Source: an uncultured virus (IMG/VR IMGVR_UViG_3300048587_001148) (taxonomy: Duplodnaviria > Heunggongvirae > Uroviricota > Caudoviricetes). From it: 64,000 nt of DNA. Position 1 is the first letter of the stretch; the number at the start of each line of letters is the position of its first letter. The translations under genes were made by a program, and so were the position numbers. Positions 38,856-49,100 of this stretch are shown here, piece by piece. Under the pieces are notes generated by a model. That model saw nothing but the letters and a program-made list of their open reading frames with translations, searched no databases and was not told the origin of the DNA. The stretch lies in the IMG/VR virus record IMGVR_UViG_3300048587_001148; one strand, written 5' to 3'.

Positions 38856-39722
38856 ATGGCAAAATCAGCTCGGGCAAAGTCTGCACTCCCTTCCCATGTC
38901 CGTTCGCCCAGAACCAAGGCGGACCGCGCATTGGCTCAGGCGGCCGTCAGTGCAGCCGAGGTGCCGTGGCCCCAACTGCCGGCGTGGGTGCCTGGGGTCT
39001 TGGGGCCGATCGAGGTTGTGCGTCCGATCCGCGTCATGGACGTGGATTTCGAAGATGGCGAGCGTGTGGTGCACGAGGTCGAATCGATGTTCCTGTTTTC
39101 CTCGCGTCGCATCATGATCGCGTCGACCATGCGGCGTGAAGCGGCCTGGCTCGAACTCGAGGAGACCCGCTACCGTGCGCGCTTTCTGGACAGCGGCCTG
39201 TCGTACTTGATGCCCGAGAATGTCATGAATACCGTGGCAGAGACACTGGCGCGCCAGCACGTGCGCATCATGCGCCGGGAGGGGTTCGGGATCCAGGAAC
39301 TCCCCCGGTATGCGCCGGCACGCAGCTGGCCCGCGCTGCCCGCGCTGGTGTACGAGTGGGGCCGGTGGGTCACGGTGGAGCGCCCGACCACGGCGGCACC
39401 TGGGTTGGAGGACGCCGTCGAGCGCGTGGCCGAGGTGGACCACGATCAGCACCGGTTGCGCATCATGCGGAACCTCCCGCGACCACGCGCCTGGTACAGC
39501 CTCTGGCATGAGCGTTATGAAGTACGCCTGTATGAGTCTGGCGTCTTGGGGTTGATGTCGGCGGACCTGAAGGAGGCGCTCTGTGATGGTCTCGCGGCCG
39601 CGCGGGTGCTCGAGGCGCACATGATGCACGATTGGAAGACGCACCCGGAGGCACATCCCGCGGTTTGGGGCCGGCAGGCGGAGCGCCCCGCGACACGGAG
39701 TCGGCGTGGGGTCCCTGTGTAG
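38856..39722 (+). CDS. Hypothetical protein with two homologous degenerate phage-metallopeptidase-like domains
   Basis: WP.LPA.V...G..V.RP...R..I....R..AW..L.(H)E.Y...L..SG...LM occurs twice. Confidence 0.7.
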   Translation: MAKSARAKSALPSHVRSPRTKADRALAQAAVSAAEVPWPQLPAWVPGVLGPIEVVRPIRVMDVDFEDGERVVHEVESMFLFSSRRIMIASTMRREAAWLELEETRYRARFLDSGLSYLMPENVMNTVAETLARQHVRIMRREGFGIQELPRYAPARSWPALPALVYEWGRWVTVERPTTAAPGLEDAVERVAEVDHDQHRLRIMRNLPRPRAWYSLWHERYEVRLYESGVLGLMSADLKEALCDGLAAARVLEAHMMHDWKTHPEAHPAVWGRQAERPATRSRRGVPV

Positions 39723-39765
39723 GCGTGTGATCGGGGTGTGCCGATTACCCTGACTGCGCTTGGCG

Positions 39766-40661
39766 CTACGGGCGCACGCCGCCGTGCTGCACGCTCGCCA
39801 TTTCCAATCCTAGCGCGGCAAGTGCCGGATGTCCGTGCCCCAGGAGGACGGGCGTGAGCCGGGGAGCAAGCGTCACGAGGTCACCTCGCATTTTGAGATG
39901 CATGGCGATCTCGGCGCCGAAGGGCTTCCGGCGGTCGGCCGCTCGGGGGTCACCACAGAGTGTCACCAGCACCTCCGGCGTGACGCCCTCGGCGAGGAGG
40001 AGACTCCCAAGGCCACTCTGGAGCGTAAAGGCGGCGTTGAGGATCACGTCGGGAGGGAGGAATGCGCTCGGCAGCTGCGGCACACCGATGTCCCAGCCAC
40101 GATGTCCCCGTAGAACATGGTCTAGGAGCGGCCACCACCAATCCTCTGGGGCCTCCGCCGTCCATGGCAGGCGCCACATGAACGCCACCTGAATGATCCC
40201 CCAGTAGGAATAGCGTTCGCTGTCGGTCATGGGGGTGTTGCATGAGAGGATTCTTCGTGCGCTGTCGTCTGCCACAGTGAGTCCATCGTGCGCAATGGCA
40301 CGATGCAGCTCCCCGCAGTCCAGCGGGTCGCCCATGGGGTCATGCTGGCGCACGAGATCCCATAGTGTCGTTGGTTGCCTCGGCGGTTTGACAGCTCGTC
40401 GGTCAACCCTGCGGCGACATGCATGTCGAGTCGCCAAGGACTCACCATCTTGCCCCAGCGAGTGTTCTGGTGCAGATCAATGGCCATGAAGCGTCGGCCG
40501 GCCGGCGTCAGGGAAGGCGCAAAGGCGACCGCCAGGCAAGCGTCGATCTCGTCCCCATGGCCTGCGGGCGACGGCCAGAGCTCTGGTGCACGTCGACACC
40601 AGCTGGGGAGGCCAAGGCTGTCGTCGTCGGGGAAGGGGGAGGGCCAGGGCTCGTTCGTCAT
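39766..40661 (-). pseudogene. Frameshifted family-A protein (paralogue of 40687..41631)
   Basis: The N-half (SPFPDD..PSLT..GRRFMA) and C-half (ATR..RR..WWWPLL..LLGH.HPALAALGLE) align to the neighbour but lie in different frames; the shift is near 40437-40445. Confidence 0.7.
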
Positions 40662-40686
40662 GGTCGCACTATACTCGGCCCGACGC

Positions 40687-41631
40687 TCAGATCTGCCGTT
40701 GCGCCCCATGCCCCGTGGCGAGTTCGAGCCCAAGTGCCGCCAGTGCGGGGTGCTTGTGCCCAAGGAGGCACGAGAGGAGGAGAGGGGTGAGTGCGGGGAG
40801 GTCGTGACGGGCGCGCAAGACAGCCTCCAAGCCGGAGGCCGCCACTTCATTCTGCAGGGCGGGATGTTCGCATAGCTCCAGAATCATCTGTGGGGTACTC
40901 CCGGCGCAGAGCGTTGCTTCGCCGGCGCAGTCCGCATCGTCGTAGAGTGCGAAGTTTATCAGCCTGTGTGCCGGGAGGAAGGTGCTTGGGAGCCGATAAA
41001 AACAGGGCCACGGTTGGTAGGCGTGCGGCGGGCAGAGCACGTTTTCCAGGAGGGGCCACCACCATGTCGGAGGCGTCGAGCTGGTGAAGGGGAGTCGGGT
41101 GTCGAAGGCGTAGCAGACGAGCCATATGGCCAGCGCTCGCTTGTGCTGACCTTCCCGCGGGGACAGGTGCGACCAGGACTCAAGCGTGCTCGAGAGTATC
41201 GCATTGGCCTCCGCCCGTCCAGCTTTATCGAGGGCCTCCTCGAAGTCGGCAAAGCTCGCCATGTTGGGGCGACGGAGTAGCGACCGTAAGTTCGTCCGAC
41301 CGGCCGCACGCGGTGCGTCCTCCCGCTCGCGATCTGTTGCGTGTCGGATGCGTCGCAGGGCGGTGCGTGTCGCTGTCTTGGAGAAGAACGGCTGAAGCTC
41401 TGGGGTGTCACAGAGGGTCGCCATAAATCGGCGCCCCTCATCGGTGAGTGTCGGCGCGAGGAGGGCGGCCTCCATGAGCTCTCGTCCTAACCTTTCATCT
41501 CCTTCCGGTGGCCACGGGGTGGGATGGCGGGGAACCCAGGTCGGCCATCCCATGCGCTCGTCGTCGGGGAAGGGCGATGCCAGGATCTCACTCGACATCC
41601 CTTCCGTGGGTCGCGGGCCGGGGTCACTCAC
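40687..41631 (-). CDS. Family-A hypothetical protein with the shared C-terminal motif
   Basis: Ends LLGHKHPALAALGLELA; GTGA overlap with the upstream gene (alternative start 41598). Confidence 0.8.
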   Translation of the reverse strand: MSDPGPRPTEGMSSEILASPFPDDERMGWPTWVPRHPTPWPPEGDERLGRELMEAALLAPTLTDEGRRFMATLCDTPELQPFFSKTATRTALRRIRHATDREREDAPRAAGRTNLRSLLRRPNMASFADFEEALDKAGRAEANAILSSTLESWSHLSPREGQHKRALAIWLVCYAFDTRLPFTSSTPPTWWWPLLENVLCPPHAYQPWPCFYRLPSTFLPAHRLINFALYDDADCAGEATLCAGSTPQMILELCEHPALQNEVAASGLEAVLRARHDLPALTPLLLSCLLGHKHPALAALGLELATGHGAQRQI

Positions 41632-42029
41632 CGCCCGATGCCTCGCGGCGGTCTCCCTGCAGGGGGCGGCGGCGTCATGACGGCCTCATCGAGTACGTCC
41701 GAGAGGTTGCCTGACCAGTCCGCCGCGACTTCTTCCGGCGCATTGCCGAGGATGAACTGTACGGCGCCCCGCTGGTGCTTCCCCTCGGGTGTGACGCGCT
41801 CCACGAACAGAGTCGCCTCCTCCACGGCGAAGACCGCCTCGAGGATCTCCCGTGGTGATCCACACGACACCGGTTCGTCGCCGCCGTCGTCGACCCCGGT
41901 GGGGTGCCATCCCGCCAGCTTCAGGGCGCTGACGAGATGCTCTATCATGCGCGCCTCCCCCTCCAGGCGATGACGAATCTCCGGAGAGAGTGCTGTGTCG
42001 GTGAATGGGTAGAAGTCGAGCGGATCCAT
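41628..42029 (-). CDS. Conserved phage-type hypothetical protein
   Basis: VDDGGDE...ILEAVFAVEE..L...G.V.FILGN..EV.ADWS; GAGGAG RBS and TTGGAT-N18-TATGGT upstream. Confidence 0.7.
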   Translation of the reverse strand: MDPLDFYPFTDTALSPEIRHRLEGEARMIEHLVSALKLAGWHPTGVDDGGDEPVSCGSPREILEAVFAVEEATLFVERVTPEGKHQRGAVQFILGNAPEEVAADWSGNLSDVLDEAVMTPPPPAGRPPRGIGR

Positions 42030-42146
42030 CGGGGCTCCTCATGGCGGGCAGGGTACTCTTCTGCGACCATACCGGCCTCGCGGCACGGCATCCAAGCAGT
42101 GCCCTCCGGTGTGGGTGTGGTGTGAGTGTCTTGCCTGCCGATCGCC

Positions 42147-42983
42147 TTACGGGGACTTGTGCGTGGCCTCCCTGGCCGGCCCGACCCAGCGGAGCCACAG
42201 TTTGGCGACCTCGAGGTACGCCTCCAGCGTGACGCGCAGGTCTTTCTGTGCGCGTTCGCCTGACGGTTCTTCGTCGGCGTGCGCACTCAGTGCCTTCGCC
42301 ATCCGTCGTGCAACCAGCTTGCGCAAGCACCAGCCGAACGCGCGCCACGGCCATGGCAGCTGGGGGGCTTGGAGGGTGCGCGTGTAGGTCGTCTCTGGGT
42401 ATTCCTCATCCTCGATGATCCGAGCGCCCCATTGGATCATGACACGCAGCCCTTCACGGTTATCGTCATTGGTGACATGGATGAGGTGATGGATCCCGTG
42501 CTCGCGCGATTCTTCAAAGCGATACTGCAGCCGCAGGCCTTCCTCCGCGGCACGCGACTCGAACCATGGCAGGACTTGGCGCATGTACTCTTCCGCGCGC
42601 TCACGGATGTGTTTCCGTCGAATGGCGGGGTCTTCCTTGAGGTACTGGTTCGCTTGCGCCATGCACGCCTTGAGGCTCACCTGGCCTCGTCCGCGGGCGG
42701 CCTCGTGGAGGAAGAGCCCGCGATACGTGGTGCTCATCAACGCCAAGACCTGCAACATGCGGTTGCTGCTGGCCCGATTGCCGTCGTCATAGGGAAGGTA
42801 CACGTCCCCTGTGGTAGTCTGGATCTTGACCGCCAGTACGGTCGCGTAGCCGTCCTCGTCGTCGAGCGCGACCACCTCGAAGTGTGGGAGCGCAACCAAC
42901 TTGTCGAGAGCGATCTCGTCCGTGAGGTCGCTGTATAGCTCATCGGTGAGTCGTTGGATGAGTGCGGGGTCTGCTGGAATCAT
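42147..42983 (-). CDS. Hypothetical protein
   Basis: 278 aa; ATGA overlap with the thioesterase gene. Confidence 0.75.
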   Translation of the reverse strand: MIPADPALIQRLTDELYSDLTDEIALDKLVALPHFEVVALDDEDGYATVLAVKIQTTTGDVYLPYDDGNRASSNRMLQVLALMSTTYRGLFLHEAARGRGQVSLKACMAQANQYLKEDPAIRRKHIRERAEEYMRQVLPWFESRAAEEGLRLQYRFEESREHGIHHLIHVTNDDNREGLRVMIQWGARIIEDEEYPETTYTRTLQAPQLPWPWRAFGWCLRKLVARRMAKALSAHADEEPSGERAQKDLRVTLEAYLEVAKLWLRWVGPAREATHKSP

Positions 42984-43456
42984 GGAGTCCTCGCTTTCCG
43001 CCGCGCGGCGGCCTGGGTTTGGCGCGCCACCTCCGCGGGTGACTGGGCCAGCAGCTCGCCGACCGGCACCGGACGTCCAGTGTTGGCGTCGATCGCGACA
43101 AACACGAGGTGGGCCGTATGGGTGTTGCGGACTTCACGGAGACTCGGCAGCTCCGCGGTGACCTCGACCGTGATGTCCATCGAGCTGGTCCCGACACACT
43201 CCACCTGGGCACGGCACGTCACGAGGGCCCCGACGGGGATCCTTTCCCTGAAGTCCACGCGATGGATTGCGGCCGTGACGACCGGTCCGCCGGCATGGCG
43301 CAGCGCGGCGATGGCTGCCGCCTGGTCGATCATCGCAAGCAGGTCGCCCCCGAAGAGGTCGCCCAGGATGTTGGCCATGTGAGGCATGACCAGCCGGGAG
43401 ACTTCGCCTACGGCGAGGGCCATCGGTCGTGCAGGAGGGCGATAGGCTGGCGTCAT
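42980..43456 (-). CDS. Acyl-CoA thioesterase (hotdog fold, YciA-like)
   Basis: VMP..AN..G.LFGG.LL.MIDQAAAIAA.RH...VVTA....VDF...I.VG...VGTSSM...FVAID..GRP.PV. Confidence 0.92.
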   Translation of the reverse strand: MTPAYRPPARPMALAVGEVSRLVMPHMANILGDLFGGDLLAMIDQAAAIAALRHAGGPVVTAAIHRVDFRERIPVGALVTCRAQVECVGTSSMDITVEVTAELPSLREVRNTHTAHLVFVAIDANTGRPVPVGELLAQSPAEVARQTQAAARRKARTP

Positions 43457-43791
43457 GAGGGCACCAGATGTTGCCCCAGGCCGGCATCCGGTGTGGTGTA
43501 TCGCGTCGGACGACCCGCCCCGGCGTGTCCGCAGGCTTCACAGGTATAGGGGAGTCTCCCTGACTCGATCGGCGCCAGGGGGACTCGACCGCATGGACAG
43601 CCCGCCTCGCCGCAGGTGAGGCAGGCATCCATTTCGCGGACAATGTTGACCCAGACTGGTGTGTGGCCGCACGGGAGCTTTCCCCGGGGGATGATCGTCT
43701 CCGGCACCACGGGAAGCGTCGTCGCGGGGTCGCAGGACCACTCGGTGAGGTGTCCCTCGGTACAGAGTACCTGCAGGTATGTGTCATCCAT
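43453..43791 (-). CDS. Small multi-zinc-ribbon protein
   Basis: LCTEGH, CGH, CLTC, CPC and CEACGH motifs; coupled to the thioesterase gene. Confidence 0.65.
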   Translation of the reverse strand: MDDTYLQVLCTEGHLTEWSCDPATTLPVVPETIIPRGKLPCGHTPVWVNIVREMDACLTCGEAGCPCGRVPLAPIESGRLPYTCEACGHAGAGRPTRYTTPDAGLGQHLVPS

Positions 43792-43909
43792 CGCGTGATC
43801 AAGGCGCCCATCGCGACTTCTGGCCAAGCCCTCGATCTGTTTCAGTTGGCACCATTGAGGGATAGGCGCTGTGTGCGCGCAGACAGCGGATGGGCGGTCC
43901 TCCGACGTC

Positions 43910-45178
43910 CTACGGCGTCACCCTGTGGGGGCGTGCGTCGCTCTGCCGGGCATCCTCCCGGTGTGGTGCCATGGCTGCCAGCGCGGCCGCGGCCACGCGT
44001 GCGTCGTGTGATCCGAGGCAGTGGGGAATGATGAATTCCTGGATGAACGCGTCGCGGACGGGTCCGGCTGGAGTAATCGCCACCCGCTGGGCGATCACCT
44101 CGAGTTCGAAGGCTTTCTGCGGTCGGCCGCCTTGCTCCCACAGTGCCTTGGCGGTGGCCAGCGTGAGCGGCAGGGTGTGCATCTGGAATTTCTGGTTGGT
44201 GTGCTCTCCGATGAGCTCCCCTCCCGGGCGCAGGGGCATATGGCTGGGATCAAGCGCCTGCCACCGCGACAGGGCCCGCTGGAGCGTCGGTCCGTTGAAG
44301 AGCATTGCCTCGCCAAAGCCGTTGTCCATCAAGAGTGAGCCCAGTGTCGGCAGGAGGTTCCGCGACGAAGATGAGATCATGCCGATCGCCTCTGCGACGA
44401 GCAAGCGCCACACCGCCAGTGCCGCACCGCTCGGCCGGCGAATGGCAATCTCACGGAGGTCTCTGACGAACTCCTCATGGGGGAGCGCACGACTCCAGAG
44501 GCGGCACAGCTGGTGTGGTGACACCGACAGGTTGAGTGTTTCCAGGTGGTTGATGTTCTCCTGAAACAGTGCCGGCGTGAGTGGTGGTGGTGTGGTGGTA
44601 AACCAGTCCAAGAGTTGGGTTCTGGAGGCCGTCTCCGACGGCCTTGGTCCGCGAAGCCACTGTACCCCCTGGCGCCATGGGGCCAAATGGGGGATCGGTG
44701 TGGCCTGGGCGATCGTCGGCATTCTGTAGCTTGCCCGGAGGTCGCTGAAGCTCTGGTCGTGGCGTACGTCCTCACCGAACATGGTGATGAGCTGGCGGTG
44801 GATACCGTGTCGGACATCGGTGGGGAGGCGCCAGCAGAGCTCCAGGCAGCCGACATGCAGGCTTTCGAAGGCCACATGGGCGTTCCCCAGGAGGGACGCC
44901 ACGACTTCATCTTCTAGCTGAAGCGTGCGAACACCTTCCCAGCCACCGAGAGCAATGATCTCGGCGAGCAAGGAAGTGGGAAGAGGTAATGTCGGTGGCC
45001 GTCGTTGTAGCAGGGGGCTCTGCGGGCCTTCGCGAAGTGCCTGGCGCGCGAGTGCGACCACGTAGTCGGGCTTGCCCTCGACGTGCCGACTGAAAAATCC
45101 CTGCGTTACCCGTTCAGGAAGCAGGGGAGGGAGGGAGGCGTCGAGGTCGATTGGCGGCATTGTGGTGTAGTTGCCCAT
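43910..45178 (-). CDS. Family-B hypothetical protein with the shared C-terminal motif
   Basis: LLAEIIALGGWE, WFTTTPPP, RDAFI..CLGSHDARVAAAAL; TATGGT lies 5 nt before the ATG. Confidence 0.8.
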   Translation of the reverse strand: MGNYTTMPPIDLDASLPPLLPERVTQGFFSRHVEGKPDYVVALARQALREGPQSPLLQRRPPTLPLPTSLLAEIIALGGWEGVRTLQLEDEVVASLLGNAHVAFESLHVGCLELCWRLPTDVRHGIHRQLITMFGEDVRHDQSFSDLRASYRMPTIAQATPIPHLAPWRQGVQWLRGPRPSETASRTQLLDWFTTTPPPLTPALFQENINHLETLNLSVSPHQLCRLWSRALPHEEFVRDLREIAIRRPSGAALAVWRLLVAEAIGMISSSSRNLLPTLGSLLMDNGFGEAMLFNGPTLQRALSRWQALDPSHMPLRPGGELIGEHTNQKFQMHTLPLTLATAKALWEQGGRPQKAFELEVIAQRVAITPAGPVRDAFIQEFIIPHCLGSHDARVAAAALAAMAPHREDARQSDARPHRVTP

Positions 45179-45246
45179 GGGCAACCATACGGTCACGACC
45201 TGCCGTCTCCCAAGGTATTCGGCGGCTGTGCGACAGCCTGTCGGGC

Positions 45247-46275
45247 CTACTCTCGGCTCTTCCGCTCTCGCATGTCGCGCGCTGCACGGTAGAAGTGGTG
45301 GTATCCCGAGGGGGCCTTGTTGCCCAGCGGGTGTCCGACGATGTGTCTCGGGAAGGTGGCCTCGGGAGCTGTCAGCGGATTGACCTCTGCCCAGGTCATC
45401 GCGGCCGCTGACGGGAGACCAAGCGACGGCCGTGTCCAGGAGGTCGCTTCAGGCCAGATCAGCCAGACCATGTTGGGTGGCATGAGGAGGGCTGCCTGCG
45501 TCGGGAGCGCATGCAGTACCTGTGGAAAGTGAGACATCACCGGATGGACCTTCCCCATGCCGGCAAGGACCACCGGCCCCATGTCGCCCCCGGCTCCCGC
45601 CTCGTGGTTGGCCAACGCAATCATCTCCTCTGCTGAGGCGGAGAGACTCTCGCGCCAGAGCATTCTGCATTGCGCCCGTGCAAGGCTCGCTTCGGGGGGT
45701 TCGCCCGGCAGGGCCCCTTCCGTCGCAAGTCGGATAAGCTCCTCGTGGTGGTTGGGTGCTGTCTGGTCGGCCGGCTCACCCGCGGCGCCCGTCTCGTCCG
45801 TGTCGTGCTTCTTCCCGTCGATCACCTCAGTGAGCACATCCGGGAACGCCCGCGTCGTGAAGTGCCATTCCCCAAGGATGATGTGGTGCAGGGACTCAGC
45901 CGCCTCATCGGCCTCCTCTATGGGCCAGAAAAGCCTGGGGATCGGGATGGACAAGGCCTCGTTGCCGGCGGCCATGCAGGCGATCATGGGCTCGAGGGCC
46001 CCATGCATCAGCTCTTCGAGTGTGACACGGTTGTTCTGCATGGCGGTCGCCACAATCTTGGGGTCGAGCCCCACCTCCAAGCGCACCAGGTACTCGGTCG
46101 GTCCTTCGTAGACTTCCTCAACCTCACCATCCCCAGTGAGTGTGCGGATTTCGGTTTGATGGAGGGCGTCTTGCCCCAAGGGAACGAGGTAGTAATCGAA
46201 CCGTGCCTCGAGTTCTCGCAGGGCACTGGCCATCTCGGCGAGTCCACGTCGCCATCCGATCTCCCTCCCGGTCAT
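45247..46275 (-). CDS. Acidic hypothetical protein
   Basis: 342-aa ORF; AGGAG RBS. Confidence 0.75.
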   Translation of the reverse strand: MTGREIGWRRGLAEMASALRELEARFDYYLVPLGQDALHQTEIRTLTGDGEVEEVYEGPTEYLVRLEVGLDPKIVATAMQNNRVTLEELMHGALEPMIACMAAGNEALSIPIPRLFWPIEEADEAAESLHHIILGEWHFTTRAFPDVLTEVIDGKKHDTDETGAAGEPADQTAPNHHEELIRLATEGALPGEPPEASLARAQCRMLWRESLSASAEEMIALANHEAGAGGDMGPVVLAGMGKVHPVMSHFPQVLHALPTQAALLMPPNMVWLIWPEATSWTRPSLGLPSAAAMTWAEVNPLTAPEATFPRHIVGHPLGNKAPSGYHHFYRAARDMRERKSRE

Positions 46276-47113
46276 GTCATCTCCTTGGGTTGTCGCCAGG
46301 ATGTCCCATGACCAGCCATCACGCCAAGCGTGTCGCGTCTTTGAGCGGGGGGTTGCGCAGACAGCGCGCAGACAGCATCTTCCAGCTGTAACATTTCCCG
46401 ATCAGGGCGGGGTATGGACCCTACTCGGAGGTGTTATGTCCGCTCGTTGTCAGTGGGAAGGGATGCCCGAGGTGTTGTGGCGCGAGGTCTCTCGTTGGCC
46501 TGATGCCACCCAGGTCTTTTGGTCACTCCTGTGGGACCATGCGCACGCGGGCAGTAGCGTTGGTCCAGTCTTTCGCGCCCTCGGGTGGAAATACTCGACC
46601 ATCACCTCCCTCTGCCGGCGCGCTGGACTGCCTTCGCCCAAGCGCGTGTTGGTGGCTTTTCGCCTGATCCTGGCGGCAAGGGAGGCGGGGCGGCACGCAA
46701 CCGTTGCCGATTTGGCCGAGGTGATGGGGGCAGCCTCCGCGACGGCCCTGACACGCCATCTCCGTCAAGTCCTGGGGGTGACTGGCCATGACTTCCTGGT
46801 GAGCGCCCGGGAAGAGCAGCTCGTCGACTGGGCGCTCGAGATGGTGGTCCTCCCCTATCGAGACGCGTGGTGCCGCCTTGCGCTGCCGCCACTCCCCCTT
46901 ACGATGGACGCTGTGCGTCCCCTGCGAGCGGTGTCTCGCGCTTCTTCCGCGGGCACGCGTCCCCCCACCAGGGTGACTCCATCGGCGGGGCAGGGGAGGC
47001 GCAAGGAAGGCGTGCCGACCGCCGGGCTTCTCGGGCAGCCCGACGCAATCGTCCGTCGACGTTTTCAGGGGCGAACGTTCGTGACGACCCGGTGGCTGAT
47101 CAACGGGGGATAG
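46274..47113 (+). CDS. AraC-like helix-turn-helix regulator
   Basis: RRAGLPSPKRVL..FRL..AA...TVADLA..MG..SATALTRHLRQVLG; the true start is probably downstream. Confidence 0.65.
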   Translation: MSSPWVVARMSHDQPSRQACRVFERGVAQTARRQHLPAVTFPDQGGVWTLLGGVMSARCQWEGMPEVLWREVSRWPDATQVFWSLLWDHAHAGSSVGPVFRALGWKYSTITSLCRRAGLPSPKRVLVAFRLILAAREAGRHATVADLAEVMGAASATALTRHLRQVLGVTGHDFLVSAREEQLVDWALEMVVLPYRDAWCRLALPPLPLTMDAVRPLRAVSRASSAGTRPPTRVTPSAGQGRRKEGVPTAGLLGQPDAIVRRRFQGRTFVTTRWLINGG

Positions 47114-47142
47114 AGTCGGCGCAGACAGCGCGCAAACAGCGC

Positions 47143-47808
47143 CTACGGTCTCTTGGGGGACACGCCCTGTCTGGTGCTAAGGCGTCGGAGGGCCCACCGG
47201 GCGTGGTTCGCGTCCGGACTCCCGACGAGATGGACCGCAAGGCCATCCCATGCCGCAGACAGCGCGCTATCAGCGTCCTCCAGCCACTCCCACGCATCGG
47301 TCGTTCCGAGGAGCGCCACTGAGCTGGCAATGAAGGCATCGTACTGCTCACGCTGAAACGTCGGGTCGGTGGTCTCTCCGGCTTCCTGCAGTTGGGCCAT
47401 CAGCTTCGTGAACGGCCGCAGGGTGTTGGCTGGATCCATGGGGACGCCACTTTCGAGTTGAAGGACATCGTTCGGTCGTACCTTGCGGAGGATCCGGAAG
47501 ACGGTGCCCACCAGGAACATGATGGCATGTCGATCTCGGAGGCGTATTTGGTCTCGGAAGAGTGTCCCCATGGCGTGGGACACCATGGTGGGAAGGTACT
47601 CAACCGCTCGCTCTCGGCAGACCATCGTGACCCGGTGATCGGTTTCCTCGGGGTCATACACCTCCAGGCGAATCCACTGCTCCGAACGTCGTCGGTGCTC
47701 TGCATCCGTGTAGACGGCCACGCGTGGAACCCATGGGGTCACCCCGCCATATTGCGCCACAAGACCGAGGATGTCCTGGAAAGCCATGGTGTGTTGTTCA
47801 ATGGGCAT
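47143..47808 (-). CDS. Hypothetical protein with the shared C-terminal motif
   Basis: Ends HLVGSPDANHARWALRRL...; TATGGT lies 5 nt before the ATG. Confidence 0.75.
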   Translation of the reverse strand: MPIEQHTMAFQDILGLVAQYGGVTPWVPRVAVYTDAEHRRRSEQWIRLEVYDPEETDHRVTMVCRERAVEYLPTMVSHAMGTLFRDQIRLRDRHAIMFLVGTVFRILRKVRPNDVLQLESGVPMDPANTLRPFTKLMAQLQEAGETTDPTFQREQYDAFIASSVALLGTTDAWEWLEDADSALSAAWDGLAVHLVGSPDANHARWALRRLSTRQGVSPKRP

Positions 47809-47846
47809 GTGGGACCATACTCGCTGGGTGGCTGCAGTGCCCCGCG

Positions 47847-49100
47847 CTACAGGATTGGCGTAGGATTTTGGGGGGCGGCCCCAAGTACGGCGAGCGCCAG
47901 GGAGGCAACCTCAGGCGCCGTGGACCCAAGGCATTCTGGTACCACAATACGCGCGACAAACGCCTGTCGCGCCGGGCTATCGGGGGTCTCCAGGAGTCGC
48001 TGCAGGAGCTTCCCGCGAAGCCCATTTCGGTTGTCCTCGACCGCCATGGCATCGCAGAACGCCTGAAACATCCCAGGATCAATCGCGCCAAATTCGACAG
48101 CGTGTGATAGCCCGAAGAAACGCCACACGGCCGTCACCGGGAGACCACTGGGGTCCACGTGCAGCCAGCGCTCGAGGCCTTCCTTGAGGATACCTTCCGC
48201 GGTGCGTCCGTCGCGCATCAACGCCTGCTGGATCATGTCGCCGAGTATGACGCGTTCGGGGCTCGGCCCTGCGGGGAGGTCGGCAATGACGGTCGCGAGC
48301 AGGTGCATGCTGAAGAGCCAGGGCTGGAAACCGAGGTCTGGTGTCGCGGTATATGCCTGCAGCCGCCGTACTCGCTCCTTCCATGGGAGATGACGTGACC
48401 AGGCCCGCGCGAGCAGTCGGTAGTTGAGGTCGTGGTTGCTGCGAACCCCCAGGGTCAGCTGCTCCATGAGCTCGACGAAGCCCTCCGGTGTTGGCCAGGG
48501 TGGGGGCGTCCACAGGAACCAGCGAATGAGGTCGTGCTCGGCCCAGTGCCGAGACCGCTCACCGTCGGCCGTCGGGGTGTCCCACGGCGCGACATAGCGG
48601 CTGTAGTCGAAGGCCCCCGTGACCGGCGATACGTCCTGGAGAATGACCGAGCCACCATAGGGCATGGTGATCTTCCCTTGGTCGATCAAGGCCTTGGCCT
48701 TGCTGCGTACACGCGCACCGAGAAATGGTGGTCCTAGGTCGATGGCCTCTCGTGCATCCCACTGGTCGCCCTGGTCTGAACCGCACGTATACGCGAGTGC
48801 CTCAATGGCGATCGAGGCGATGCCCAGCTGTCGCACGGCACCCCATCCGCCGACTCGGAGGATCTCGCGAATCACGCCGGGGGGCAGGTTGCCCGGAGCG
48901 CGGTAGTCCTCAGCGAGCACTCCGGTGCGGATGACGTGCCGCGCGAAGCGCACGCTGATCCATTGGGGTTCCAGGCGTGTGCGGATTCCTCGTGGGGGGA
49001 GCGATGGAAGACACTCTTCAGGGACCATTGCCGGCAAGAACAGGGCATCCGAGGGCCGCGCCGAGTGCTGGCTGCCTGTGGTTATGGACGACATGCTCAT
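47847..49100 (-). CDS. Family-B hypothetical protein with the shared C-terminal motif
   Basis: REILRVGGWG, WFLWTPPPWP, RQAFV..CLGSTAPEVASLAL; ATGA overlap with the 49097 gene. Confidence 0.8.
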   Translation of the reverse strand: MSMSSITTGSQHSARPSDALFLPAMVPEECLPSLPPRGIRTRLEPQWISVRFARHVIRTGVLAEDYRAPGNLPPGVIREILRVGGWGAVRQLGIASIAIEALAYTCGSDQGDQWDAREAIDLGPPFLGARVRSKAKALIDQGKITMPYGGSVILQDVSPVTGAFDYSRYVAPWDTPTADGERSRHWAEHDLIRWFLWTPPPWPTPEGFVELMEQLTLGVRSNHDLNYRLLARAWSRHLPWKERVRRLQAYTATPDLGFQPWLFSMHLLATVIADLPAGPSPERVILGDMIQQALMRDGRTAEGILKEGLERWLHVDPSGLPVTAVWRFFGLSHAVEFGAIDPGMFQAFCDAMAVEDNRNGLRGKLLQRLLETPDSPARQAFVARIVVPECLGSTAPEVASLALAVLGAAPQNPTPIL

